From positions 96,001 through 160,000 of the forward strand of contig CANJVR010000005.1 of NCBI GenBank assembly GCA_947478395.1: a stretch of DNA of 64,000 nt, read 5' to 3'. The notes under the pieces were generated by a model. That model was given only the letters and a program-made list of their open reading frames with translations, was not told the DNA's origin and ran no database searches. Below are positions 26,625 to 36,321 of this stretch, one piece after another. Position 1 is the stretch's first letter; every line of letters starts with the position of its first letter. The position numbers were made by a program, and so were the translations under genes. The DNA comes from Opitutia bacterium. GTDB taxonomy: Bacteria > Verrucomicrobiota > Verrucomicrobiia > Opitutales > Opitutaceae.

Positions 26625-28463
26625 ATGAATTCCGAAGCCGTCTCCGCGCTCATCGCAAAAAACCCGACGCTCAAGGCGTCCAAAGCCAAATTGGAGGCGA
26701 TGGAGCAAGGTGCATATGTGGTGCACCGCAGCTGGGGTTTCGGCCAAATCAAGCGCTACGACGAAGCGGTGCAGAAGCTGATCATCGATTTCAAGGGCAA
26801 AGCCGGCCACCCGATGGATCCGGTGTTCTGTGTAACCACGATGGACGTATTGCCCGCGAAGCATCTCCTCGTGCGCAAGGAAACCGACACGAAGAAAATC
26901 GCCGAACTGATCGCTGACAATCCTGCCCAGCTCCTTGTCGAGGCGTTGCAGGCGTACCCCAACAACGCCGCCACCGCCATCGAGATCGAGATCGTGCTCG
27001 CCCAAGTTGTCGGCGACGAAAAATTCAAGAAATGGTGGTCCGTCGCCAAGAAATCGATCGCCAAGGACGCCCGCATCGCGATTCCCGCCAAGAAAACGGA
27101 GTGTTATATCATTCGTGAAACGCCCGTTTCGGCTGAGGACGAAATCGTCGAGCAATTCAACAGCACCCGTTCCGCCCGCCGCCGGATTCTGCTCGCGGAA
27201 GAACTCGTCGATGGCGCCGAAAAGAAAGCCGACCAGGCCGCGCTCACCGCCGTGCTCGCCGGTCTCGCTGAGTCCGTGAAGGACAGCAACCAGCTTGATG
27301 CTTCCGAGCGACTCTATGGCACCGTCGTCCGCGACGACCTGGCGAAACTCGTCGGTTCGGAAACCGCCTTCGAACCCACGCAAGCTGCGCTCATCGCCAA
27401 TCCCCGCGACCTGCCTGCCATCGCGGAAAAAATCCCGGTCCATTTTCAGAGCCGTTTCCTTGAGCTGATCCTAGCCACGCATCCGATCGAGGCGCGCGAC
27501 ATCGTGTTCGGCCTGCTCAAGGTATCGCAGGGCAAGTTCACGACCGAGTGCATCAATTTCCTCATCGAGCAGGGCTACGCCGACGATCTCGCCGCCACGT
27601 TGCAACGCTGGCAGACCGAGCAGAATCTCCGCGCTCCGGTGCTGCTCTGGATCGTCAAGAACCGCCACTCGAAGAAATTCGCCAAGCTGCTCAACGACCT
27701 GATTACACCCCGCCTCTTGAGCGCGATCTTCTTCGCCATCGACTACGAGGCGCTGCAGGCCGCGAGCGCCCGCCGCATTCCACTCGGCGATATTCTCAGT
27801 GAAGACACCGACCTCATCGCTGATCTGCTTTCAACCGCCGATCCCGAGACCGCCCGCGATCTCGCGAACACGTTGATGCTAAATCAGGGCTTTGAGGAAC
27901 TGACCAAGAAATCGCTCCTGGCCCGCTTTATCAAAATCTTCCCGAAGATCCAGTCGCTCGTTGCCGCCGACGCCGAGAGCAAGGAAGAGCAGCTCCTCGT
28001 GTCCCGCCCGAGCTTCGAACGTAAGCGCACCGAGTACGAAACGATCGTCTCCAAGAAGATTCCGGAAAACTCCAAGGCCATCGCCACCGCCCGCGAGCAC
28101 GGCGATTTGAAGGAAAATTCCGAGTACAAGATGGCGAAGCAGGACCAACAGGTCCTCATGGCGCAGAAGACTCTCCTCGAAAAGGAACTGGGTCGCGCGC
28201 GCATCACCGACTTCAAGGAAGCCACGACCGCCCAGGTCAGCGTCGGCAGCATCGTCGAAATCCGCACCGGCGGTTCGACCGTGAAGTACACCTTGCTCGG
28301 CGTCTGGGACGGCGATCCTGATCAGGATATTCTCTCTTACAAAACCCCCATGGGGACCGCGCTTCTCGGCAAAAAAGTCGGCGATAGCGTGAAGGTCAAA
28401 ACGGGCAACTCCGAAGATACCTACCAGATCGTCAGCATCGGCCGCTACGCTGATACGGTCTAA
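26625..28463 (+). CDS. greA: Long-form GreA/GreB transcription elongation factor
   Basis: C-terminal IATAREHGDLKENSEYKMAK, VGS.V, LSYKTPMG.ALLGKKVGD; ~450-aa N-terminal extension. Confidence 0.88.
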   Translation: MNSEAVSALIAKNPTLKASKAKLEAMEQGAYVVHRSWGFGQIKRYDEAVQKLIIDFKGKAGHPMDPVFCVTTMDVLPAKHLLVRKETDTKKIAELIADNPAQLLVEALQAYPNNAATAIEIEIVLAQVVGDEKFKKWWSVAKKSIAKDARIAIPAKKTECYIIRETPVSAEDEIVEQFNSTRSARRRILLAEELVDGAEKKADQAALTAVLAGLAESVKDSNQLDASERLYGTVVRDDLAKLVGSETAFEPTQAALIANPRDLPAIAEKIPVHFQSRFLELILATHPIEARDIVFGLLKVSQGKFTTECINFLIEQGYADDLAATLQRWQTEQNLRAPVLLWIVKNRHSKKFAKLLNDLITPRLLSAIFFAIDYEALQAASARRIPLGDILSEDTDLIADLLSTADPETARDLANTLMLNQGFEELTKKSLLARFIKIFPKIQSLVAADAESKEEQLLVSRPSFERKRTEYETIVSKKIPENSKAIATAREHGDLKENSEYKMAKQDQQVLMAQKTLLEKELGRARITDFKEATTAQVSVGSIVEIRTGGSTVKYTLLGVWDGDPDQDILSYKTPMGTALLGKKVGDSVKVKTGNSEDTYQIVSIGRYADTV

Positions 28464-28484
28464 AAACCGCTGAAATCCCCTCTC

Positions 28485-28516
28485 AGCCCGGCCGCGTTTC
28501 GCGGCCGGGCTTTTTT
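28485..28516 (+). terminator. Rho-independent terminator of greA
   Basis: agcccggccgcg-ttt-cgcggccgggct followed by a T-tract. Confidence 0.9.
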
Positions 28517-28885
28517 ATGCTCAATTTTTTCGAGCGCGGGTCGACAGACGGGCAGAGGTAAAAAACCTCCCACGCAAGAGGGAAGCCCAACGGGGCCACG
28601 GCTGAGGCGTGTCAGCAAAGCAAAATTCCAAACCGAGAGGAGAAGCGCTGGTCAGATTTCCCCCACGGTGAAAATCTTTAATCGGCGGCTTCGGCTGATC
28701 GCCTGCGCATTGAAGGAGGGGCGTCTGCTCATCGCGACGATTGCGACGATTACTCCAAGTCGTAGGCGATTAGACCGCGAGTGAATCCCCCTAGCGGTTC
28801 AATCACCTCAGGAGTGTTTTTTATCCGTGTTGATCCGCACCATCCGTCGTTGAAATTCGCTTACCTCCCCGTCTCCTCCATTCCC

Positions 28886-29518
28886 GTGGATCCACTCATC
28901 AAAGGCACGATCATCGGCTTCTCGATCGCGGTACCCGTCGGGCCCGTCGGCCTGCTCTGCATTCGTCGATCACTGGAGGGCGGCCGACTCGCCGGATTTG
29001 TTTCAGGTCTGGGCGCCGCCACCGCCGACACGTTCTACGGCCTGATCGCCGCGTTCAGTCTGACGGCCCTGACCAATCTGCTCATTGCGCACCGCACAAC
29101 GCTCCAAATCGTCGGCGGTCTTTTCCTGCTCTATCTCGGCATCCATACGCTGCGGTCCCATCCGCCCTCCGCAGTGGCCGGGGCCCGGGCCCGACCCGCG
29201 CCCAGTCTCACTGCAGCTTATTTTTCCACCCTCGTGCTCACCGCCACAAGTCCGGTCACAATCCTGGCGTTCCTCGGCATCTTCGCCGGCTTAGGAGTCG
29301 GCGGCAGCGCCGGCAATGCCTTCGGCGCATTCCGGCTGGTGCTCGGTGTGTTTCTCGGCAGCGCCATCTGGTGGCTGGTTCTGAGCAGCAGCGCACAATG
29401 GCTCGGCCGCAAACTGCAGCACGGCGGCCTTCGCGCCCTCAATATCGGCGCCGGCCTCGTGATCACCGCCTTCGGCCTCTGGCAACTCGCCCAACTCGCG
29501 TTCAACTCTCGTTCCTGA
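28886..29518 (+). CDS. LysE family amino-acid exporter
   Basis: G..IGFSIAVPVGPVGLLCIRRSL..G...GF.SGLGAATAD, LT.TSP.TIL.F; GTG start at 28886. Confidence 0.9.
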   Translation: MDPLIKGTIIGFSIAVPVGPVGLLCIRRSLEGGRLAGFVSGLGAATADTFYGLIAAFSLTALTNLLIAHRTTLQIVGGLFLLYLGIHTLRSHPPSAVAGARARPAPSLTAAYFSTLVLTATSPVTILAFLGIFAGLGVGGSAGNAFGAFRLVLGVFLGSAIWWLVLSSSAQWLGRKLQHGGLRALNIGAGLVITAFGLWQLAQLAFNSRS

Positions 29519-29556
29519 TTTCTCGACCGGCGGATACGAGAACCGCTCTTGAAAAT

Positions 29557-29580
29557 GTAGGCCGCGTGCCCTCACCCCGC
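29557..29580 (+). repeat. GTAG-type REP, family REP3
   Basis: gtaggccgcgtgccctcaccccgc; 22/24 identical to the inverted copy at 36322-36345. Confidence 0.7.
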
Positions 29581-29667
29581 CCACAATTGATCCCCCATTC
29601 GCGGAGACAAAAGGGTTTCTCCGAGTGAAATTGCTTTTCCGGACTCACTCCCCCAGCGTCCCACCCC

Positions 29668-30606
29668 GTGAACGCCTCGTGGGATATTCTTAAAACTCTC
29701 TCCGACCCCACCCGCCTGCGCCTACTCGCCCTCGTGCTCCGCGAGGAACTCTCGGTGGCCGAACTTCAGGAAATCCTCGGCATGGGGCAGTCGCGCATTT
29801 CTTCCCAGCTGGCATTGCTCCGTCAGGCGGGCCTCGTCTCCGACCGACGCGAGGGAAAGAAAGCGTTCTACTCCCTCCGCGCCTCCCTGCCCCCACCCAC
29901 GCTCGCCCTCTTGCGCGCGGCCGTCGAATCGGTCGCCGAGTTGCCTGACCTGAGCGAGGACCGCACCAATCTCGAACGCATTCTCCAAAAACGCCGTCGC
30001 ACCTCCGAACAGTATTTCAACCTCATCGCCGGCCGCTTCGGAAAAAATTACTGCCCGGGCCGGTCATGGGAAGCCATCGGCCATCTCGCATTGCGGCTGA
30101 CGCCCGCGATCACGATTGCCGACCTCGGCGCAGGCGAAGGTCTCATTTCGCAACTTCTCGCGCAGCGTGCGAAGCAGGTTTGGTGCATCGATAATTCCCC
30201 ACGCATGGTCGAAGTCGGCACCGAACTCGCCGCGAAGAACAAGCTCGCGAATCTCGCCTACAAGCTCGGTGACATCGAGCAGGTGCCGCTCCCGGAGAAA
30301 TCCGTCGACCTCGCCATTCTCAGCCAGGCCCTGCACCACGCCCAACACCCGCAGCGGGCCGTCGACGAAGCGTTTCGCATCCTCCGTCCCGGCGGCCAGG
30401 TCCTGATCCTCGATCTCGCCGAGCACACGTTCGAGAAAGCCCGCGAACTTTACGCCGACGTCTGGTTGGGGTTTAAGGAAAGCGCGCTTCACGCTTTTCT
30501 AAAAAAATCCGGCTTTCAACAGGTCGAAGTCACTGCCGTCGCCCGCGAATCGGCGGAGCCGCACTTCGAGACGCTCCTCGCCAGCGGAATCAAATCCGGC
30601 AAGTAA
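29668..30606 (+). CDS. ArsR-HTH / SAM-dependent methyltransferase fusion regulator (SahR-like)
   Basis: LSDPTRLRLL, ELSVAEL..ILGMGQSRISSQL..LR.AGLV..RREG; ADLGAGEG; LHH...P..A..EA.RILRPGG. Confidence 0.9.
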   Translation: MNASWDILKTLSDPTRLRLLALVLREELSVAELQEILGMGQSRISSQLALLRQAGLVSDRREGKKAFYSLRASLPPPTLALLRAAVESVAELPDLSEDRTNLERILQKRRRTSEQYFNLIAGRFGKNYCPGRSWEAIGHLALRLTPAITIADLGAGEGLISQLLAQRAKQVWCIDNSPRMVEVGTELAAKNKLANLAYKLGDIEQVPLPEKSVDLAILSQALHHAQHPQRAVDEAFRILRPGGQVLILDLAEHTFEKARELYADVWLGFKESALHAFLKKSGFQQVEVTAVARESAEPHFETLLASGIKSGK

Positions 30607-30709
30607 GCTTCGAAAGGTAGCGTCGGGACCTCCCGGGCCCGATCGTCCGAAAATCACCGGACCGTGAACTAGGCGCGCGCCCGGAGCTCACGGCCCTGCC
30701 TTTCTCCGC

Positions 30710-31903
30710 TTAGGGCGCCCAGACGCTGCCCTGTAAGGCCGAGCCGAAGCTTTTCGGGCTGATCGGCGTGCTCTTACCAGTCTCGGTATCGAGAATGCAG
30801 AGCACATTGGTCGACGCCGAACGCGCCGTGTACACGAGGTGTCGGCCGTCGGGCAGCCAGCTGGGCTCGACGCCGTCGAATTGGGCCTTCGACACTTTCT
30901 CGCTCGCCCGTTTTGAGAAATCGTACACCGCAATCTGATAGTTGCCGCCGTCCTTCATCGTGAACGCGATCCGGTTGGGATTGCCCCGACTCCAATCCGG
31001 CTCCGTGCAATAGCCACTGATCCCTGAAGTCAGGCGGGTGGGCGTGCCACCCGTTACCGGCATGGTGTAAAGCTGTGGACCGGGCTCGCAGGCGAAAACC
31101 AGGCGCGTGCCGTCCGGCGAAAAACAAGGAGACGATTTCACCAAGTCCGAGTGAGTGAGACGCGACCGCGCATCAATGCGACCTTGCGCGTTGGCGAGCC
31201 ATACTTCGGACGAGCCCGTCCCGGTGAGAATCATCGCGACCTGCGCTCCGCTCGGACTGTAGTGCGCCCCGCTGTTCGTCCCTTTCAAACTCAAGAAGGT
31301 CGTACGCTGCAACGTGCCGAGATCGATGGTGAAGATATCCGGATAGCCCGACTTGTAAAAACTCGTGTAGATGAGTTTTGAGCCATCGGGCGACCAGCGC
31401 GGCCCAAGCGTGATGGCGTTGTCGCGCGTAATTTGCTGCACGCCACCAAAGAGAATGTCGGCCGTGTAGATCTCCTTCTTGCCGGTCCGCTCGCTGACGA
31501 ACGCCATCTTCGAGGCAAAATAACCCCGCAGGCCGAGACCATTGGTTTTCGCGACGGCCACATCGGCGGCGCGCAGCAGCGCATTGCGAACGTTGGCACC
31601 CGTGACGACTTCAGAAACCACCGAGGCGCCGCCGGCGGTTTTAACAACATCGACGCGCACCTGCGTCGGTGTAACGGCGGAGAATTTGATGTCGTACGCA
31701 AAACCACTCGCGACAACGCGGTAGCGCCCGTGCGTGCCGAAGGCCTGCAAGGCGAGCGCATTAAGTTCGGGCGTCGTAGCGGAAACGCGCACCGGCAGGG
31801 TCTTGTTGTCCGCTATGACTTCGACGGAGCCGATGTCACGCTGCGCGATCGCGGGGACGATCAATAACGCAAGCAGCAGGGAAAAACGCAGGAGTTTTTG
31901 CAT
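30710..31903 (-). CDS. tolB: TolB-like periplasmic beta-propeller protein
   Basis: Signal peptide; PD40 repeats PRWSPDG, YSPSG, FSPDG, PDWS, PSWLPDG. Confidence 0.8.
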   Translation of the reverse strand: MQKLLRFSLLLALLIVPAIAQRDIGSVEVIADNKTLPVRVSATTPELNALALQAFGTHGRYRVVASGFAYDIKFSAVTPTQVRVDVVKTAGGASVVSEVVTGANVRNALLRAADVAVAKTNGLGLRGYFASKMAFVSERTGKKEIYTADILFGGVQQITRDNAITLGPRWSPDGSKLIYTSFYKSGYPDIFTIDLGTLQRTTFLSLKGTNSGAHYSPSGAQVAMILTGTGSSEVWLANAQGRIDARSRLTHSDLVKSSPCFSPDGTRLVFACEPGPQLYTMPVTGGTPTRLTSGISGYCTEPDWSRGNPNRIAFTMKDGGNYQIAVYDFSKRASEKVSKAQFDGVEPSWLPDGRHLVYTARSASTNVLCILDTETGKSTPISPKSFGSALQGSVWAP

Positions 31904-32004
31904 GATGGAAAAATAAATGCGGGAAAATTTTCGCGACGCGAAGGGCTTTCTATTTGCGCGCTGCTCCCGCTTAACAACTCTAATTTGTTCACAATCGCAC
32001 CAAC

Positions 32005-33105
32005 GTGACCGACGACGAAATCAAAGAGCACCTCAAGCAAGTCAAGTATCCCGGCTTCAGCCGCGATATCGTGTCGTTCGGCCTCGTGCGCTCCGCTGGT
32101 TTTGCCGACGGCACCGCCAAAGTCGCGCTCGCCCTGACCACCAGCGATCCGAAAATCCCGCTCTACCTAAAAGGCGAAGTGGAAAAATGCCTCCGGGCCA
32201 TCCCCGGCGTACGCGATGTGGTCATCGATATTTCCGTGCAACCGACGCGCGCGGCCACTCCAGCCGCCAACGGATCCGGCGGAAATCTTCCCGGCGCCAC
32301 CGTCGCCAAAACCGCGCGCTACGCCATCGCGATCGCTTCGGGCAAGGGCGGCGTGGGCAAAAGCACCTTTGCCGTCAATCTCGCCTGCGCGCTAGCGCAA
32401 GTCCTCACCGCCCAAGGCCGCCCCGGCCGCGTCGGTCTGATGGACTGCGATATCTACGGACCGAGCGTGCCACTGATGATGGGCATTCAAGGCCGTCCCG
32501 GCATCGAGGGTGAAGGGACGAATTCCTTCCTCATCCCGCTCGAGCGTCACGGCGTAAAAGTAATGAGCATGGGATTTCTCGTGGACGACAACACGCCGGT
32601 CGTTTGGCGCGGGCCGATGATCATGAAAACGATCCAGCAGTTTGTCCAAAACGTGCAGTGGGGCGAATTGGATATCATGCTCGTCGATCTTCCCCCTGGT
32701 ACCGGGGACGCCCAGCTTTCCCTCGTGCAAACGCTGCCGCTCGACGGCGCCGTTCTGGTGACGACGCCCCAGCCCGCCGCGACCAACGTCGCGCGCAAAG
32801 GCGGCCTGATGTTTCAGAAGGTCAACGTGCCCTTGCTCGGCGTCGCCGAGAACATGAGTTACTTCGTCGATCCGTCCGGCCAGCGTCACGAACTTTTCGG
32901 GTCGGGCGGCGGCATCGTCACCGCCGAGAAACTCGGAACGGTGTTACTCGGCCAGGTGCCGTTGATTCCCGAGATTAGGGCCGGCGGCGATACCGGGGAG
33001 CCCGTGGTCGTGAGCGCGCCGAATAGTCCGGCGGGAAAAATATTCCGGGAAATAGCGGAAGAATTACTCATTCGCCTCGCTAAACCAGCGTCGCCGCGAA
33101 TGTAA
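32005..33105 (+). CDS. mrp: Mrp/ApbC (NBP35) Fe-S cluster carrier ATPase
   Basis: N-terminal DUF59-like domain; ASGKGGVGKST, D.DIYGPS, WRGPM, DLPPGTGD, VTTPQ, ENMS. Confidence 0.93.
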   Translation: MTDDEIKEHLKQVKYPGFSRDIVSFGLVRSAGFADGTAKVALALTTSDPKIPLYLKGEVEKCLRAIPGVRDVVIDISVQPTRAATPAANGSGGNLPGATVAKTARYAIAIASGKGGVGKSTFAVNLACALAQVLTAQGRPGRVGLMDCDIYGPSVPLMMGIQGRPGIEGEGTNSFLIPLERHGVKVMSMGFLVDDNTPVVWRGPMIMKTIQQFVQNVQWGELDIMLVDLPPGTGDAQLSLVQTLPLDGAVLVTTPQPAATNVARKGGLMFQKVNVPLLGVAENMSYFVDPSGQRHELFGSGGGIVTAEKLGTVLLGQVPLIPEIRAGGDTGEPVVVSAPNSPAGKIFREIAEELLIRLAKPASPRM

Positions 33106-33179
33106 CATTCGCGCGAAATCGCAGGCATTGACAGCCCATTCCCCGTCGCTCTGATTCCGTGACTCCGACGACCAGCCGC

Positions 33180-33455
33180 ATGTCTTCTACCGCCAAAGAG
33201 TCCGATACTTCATCGTCCCGTGAATTTGTGAAGCAATCGAGCCTCTATCAGGAGTTCCTCGCCGAGCGGGAGGAGATCCTGAAGCACAAGTGGCTCGAAT
33301 CCGAGCGTCTCGGTTGCGACATCGGCTTTGAGCGCGCTCTGCTCGACTGGATTCGCAAGCATCGCGAGAGCTGGCGTGCCGCCCGGCGCCATCAGTTGTC
33401 CGTGCAAAGCGCGGCTTCCGCGTCGCCGTTTTCGAATCCGCCGGTTAAGAAGTAA
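33180..33455 (+). CDS. Small conserved protein (DUF4032-like helical domain)
   Basis: EREEILKHKWLESE..G.DIGFE.AL.DW motif; TTGACA at 33128 upstream. Confidence 0.7.
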   Translation: MSSTAKESDTSSSREFVKQSSLYQEFLAEREEILKHKWLESERLGCDIGFERALLDWIRKHRESWRAARRHQLSVQSAASASPFSNPPVKK

Positions 33456-33529
33456 ATAACGCGGTGCCTCCGCCCGCGCTTTTGAAAATCGTGTGACGGG
33501 ATACCGGACGCGGCCTGAAAACCCCGCGC

Positions 33530-33670
33530 TGGAGAGATCTAACCAAAAGCGTAGTCGCTAAAAACGGAGTGGCCGGCGGTCGCTGCCGGCCGAAACGGGG
33601 ACGCCGAACCCGGCAGGCAGAGACGCCTGCCGCTATGCAAAACGGCCGCCGAAAAAGTTAAACCGCCCTA
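33530..33670 (+). mobile_element. ~140-bp MITE-like element, copy B
   Basis: tggagagatctaaccaaaagcgtagtcgctaaaaacg...ggcaggcagagacgcctgccgcta...aagttaaaccgcccta; collinear with copy A. Confidence 0.8.
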
Positions 33671-33693
33671 CCTGGTTCGGTTCCGCCAAGCGC

Positions 33694-33720
33694 AAAAAAG
33701 CCGGGCCACACGCCCGGCTG
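33694..33720 (-). terminator. Rho-independent terminator of rpmG
   Basis: Minus strand: agccgggc-gtgtg-gcccggct followed by a T-tract. Confidence 0.85.
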
Positions 33721-33768
33721 GATAAATCGGTGGACTGCAATGACGCGCGGTCCGGCTATTCGCTGCCC

Positions 33769-33933
33769 TTACTTGATTTCCTTGTGCAGGGTGTGGCGCT
33801 TGAGGAAGGGGTTGTACTTCTTTTTCTCAATGCGCTCCGTCACGGTTTTCTTATTCCGAAAGGTGAGGTAACGGGAGGCGGGTTTGCCCTCTTTTTTGGC
33901 TTCGGTGCATTCTAGGGTGACGACTTCTTGCAT
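33769..33933 (-). CDS. rpmG: 50S ribosomal protein L33
   Basis: Own translation: [54 protein letters not shown] (54 aa); not in the ORF track. Confidence 0.95.
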   Translation of the reverse strand: MQEVVTLECTEAKKEGKPASRYLTFRNKKTVTERIEKKKYNPFLKRHTLHKEIK

Positions 33934-34238
33934 GGTTTTAAATGGATTGAGGGGTCAGAAGAAACCGCCGGGCCCCCGCGGAGCAATCCCAAAGTTACCA
34001 CCCGCGTACCTGCCGCACAAGCGAGCGCCGTCCGGACTAGGTCAGGGCGGCGAAATAGCACCAAAGCAGAGGAGGAACCACGATGGCATTATCCCCAATG
34101 GGGAAAGTCTTAGATTGGCCGGGATCACCAAACTTACTTACCGTGCCCGAAGGCGATGAGCCGCCGGTGAGCTCGTCGATTCGCCCACTGGCGAATCCCA
34201 TGAGCGGTGTATTAGCCTCCGGGAATTTCGAGGACACC

Positions 34239-35582
34239 CTAACGCCGTTTTTCCGTGAGCGGTACCATTACGCCCCGCCGGAAGAGAGTGACCTGGCTCG
34301 TGCTCGATGAAACCACGATTGCGATACAGTTGGCTGCAACGCTGATCGCCGCCGCCGCCGCGTGGCGACTGCCCAGCCCACTGGGGAGCGCGTGGTTGTT
34401 ATCCGTTGCCTGAATCAGACTGCCGGCGGATTCCACCACACCGTCGCCCCGAATGGTAAACGCCCCGTCGATGGAAGAAAATTCCTTCACTGTTTCGTCC
34501 ATGAAAGGATTCAGGATATTGCGATCCTCCTCTTTGTAGCCGAAAAAAGGATTGAGCACGAGCGGCTTGACCAGACCGCTCACTTTATCCGTGTCGCCCA
34601 CCACGAAGAGGCATCCCACCGGGCGACCCTCGCGACCTTCCACGGCGAGTTCGGTCGCCACCGCAATCACCCGCTCAAGGACCTCGGGTTTCACATCCGC
34701 CGGCAACAACTCGGAGATTTGGCCGGTAAGGAGGGTTTGAAATTCACGCTCGATGTCGACGACCACGAGGGTGTCGAACTGATTGCTGCCCGTCATGCCG
34801 TCGAGGCAGCAGATCCGGTCGGTAAAATTAAAAACCCCGCGCGTCAGGCCCACGAGGATCGCGCTGCGGAGTTGCGCCATGCGCTGGTTTGAGAACGACC
34901 GCACTTGGATCGTCCCGGCGAACTCGCGTTCATCGGCGCCGGGCTCCACCGGATTGCGCGTCACGAGAATGGTTTTGAGTTTCGACTCAATCGCGCTGCG
35001 GTCGATGCCGCCGATAAACGTGTCGCCGAAAACCATGATCGCCCCGCAGCCCGCGCCCCGCGCGACCCGTTCCGCCTCGCGAAACATGAGGCGATTGATC
35101 CGGTTTTGCTGCGCTTGCACCGGACGGATTCCCCCGAGGCCGCCGACGAGCAACTCGCGCAACGTATCGAGATCGGGCGCGCGGACGAGTCCATCGACCA
35201 GCGCCTGCTCCTTCACCTGACGCGCAATCGAGGCCAACACCTGCAGGTAGTCGCGGGCGCGCTCTCCCGCGATCAACATCACAATCAGATGCACGCGCTC
35301 GTCGATAATCGCGCCATCGTGCTTGATGCCGGTGCGGCTCCGGCCGATGGCGAGAATGTAGCGACGGGGCATCTTCACCCGCACGTGTGGGAGCGCCACG
35401 CCGAGACCGAGGTAGGTCGTCATCGTGCTCTCGCGGGCGAGCAGACCCTTAAGCAGGGACTCCCGTTTCAGATCAGGAAAACTCGCGACACTGACCGCCA
35501 GTAACTCCTGCAACGCCCCCTCTAAATCCGTACTCCGCAAATCGATGATGCGGCTGCGGGCGATAATTTTGTCGAGACGCAT
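34239..35582 (-). CDS. PTS EIIA (PtsN-like) domain fused to DacZ-type diadenylate cyclase
   Basis: N-terminal RE..MTT.LG.GVALPH (EIIA phospho-His); central pyruvate-kinase-C-like domain; EGREGRPVG.LFV.GD, SIDGAF, GLGSRHAAAA, VVSSS. Confidence 0.88.
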   Translation of the reverse strand: MRLDKIIARSRIIDLRSTDLEGALQELLAVSVASFPDLKRESLLKGLLARESTMTTYLGLGVALPHVRVKMPRRYILAIGRSRTGIKHDGAIIDERVHLIVMLIAGERARDYLQVLASIARQVKEQALVDGLVRAPDLDTLRELLVGGLGGIRPVQAQQNRINRLMFREAERVARGAGCGAIMVFGDTFIGGIDRSAIESKLKTILVTRNPVEPGADEREFAGTIQVRSFSNQRMAQLRSAILVGLTRGVFNFTDRICCLDGMTGSNQFDTLVVVDIEREFQTLLTGQISELLPADVKPEVLERVIAVATELAVEGREGRPVGCLFVVGDTDKVSGLVKPLVLNPFFGYKEEDRNILNPFMDETVKEFSSIDGAFTIRGDGVVESAGSLIQATDNNHALPSGLGSRHAAAAAISVAANCIAIVVSSSTSQVTLFRRGVMVPLTEKRR

Positions 35583-35713
35583 GTGCTAAAAATTCCGATC
35601 GCCAAAATCCCAACCTCAAAAAAATCTCAGTTCAGGAAATTCCCCAATTTTTCGCCGTTGGAGTTTTTTGCGATTTGACGCTTTGACCATGGGGATTTCC
35701 CGCGTCGCGGCCT

Positions 35714-36088
35714 TCACTTTTCCCACTCGAGCGCGCCCTTCTTGATTTCGTAGAAAAGCCCGAGCACGAGCACGCCGATAAAAAAGAAAATGGGCCCGAT
35801 GATCGCGATGTGATTGTGCAGGAATTCGCGGTAAATAAACGTCCACGGCACGAGGATGACCACTTCGAGATCGAACAGCATGAACAGCAACGCGGTCAGG
35901 AAGAATTTCACCGAGAACCGCGTGTGCACGATGCCTTCGCTTGGCACGCCGCACTCATAGGCGGAATCCTTGATCTTGGTGTGCTTCGCGCGCTGGCCAA
36001 AAAAATTACTGGCCAAAATAATCGCGACGGTAATTCCCGCCGCGAGCACCGCTTGAATCAAAAAAGGAAGGTAGTCGGCTGTCGTCAT
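35714..36088 (-). CDS. nuoA: NADH-quinone oxidoreductase subunit A
   Basis: K.SAYECG, RFSVKFF..ALLF.LFDLE, YE.KKGALEW. Confidence 0.95.
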   Translation of the reverse strand: MTTADYLPFLIQAVLAAGITVAIILASNFFGQRAKHTKIKDSAYECGVPSEGIVHTRFSVKFFLTALLFMLFDLEVVILVPWTFIYREFLHNHIAIIGPIFFFIGVLVLGLFYEIKKGALEWEK

Positions 36089-36321
36089 TTCGCTCCATGA
36101 AATGGGCCGAGCTCTTCACGAGAGACAAGAGGGAAGTTACCAGACCAAGTCGGTTCTTTCGCACGCAGGCTACTTTCGCTTCACCTTGGGGAGCGTCTTG
36201 AACCCCGGTTTTCGTGCTGAAAGCCGTGCCGCAGTTTGATCGACCGAGGCGGAGCGCCACCTGCTCTAAGAGCGGTTGATCGGCCTCCCCGCTTGGGCAT
36301 CGTCGGTCGAACGACGTTTTT

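Noticed and set aside
34037..34237. 66-aa ORF directly downstream of the cyclase gene
   Set aside because: No recognisable motif and atypical composition; not supportable without homologs
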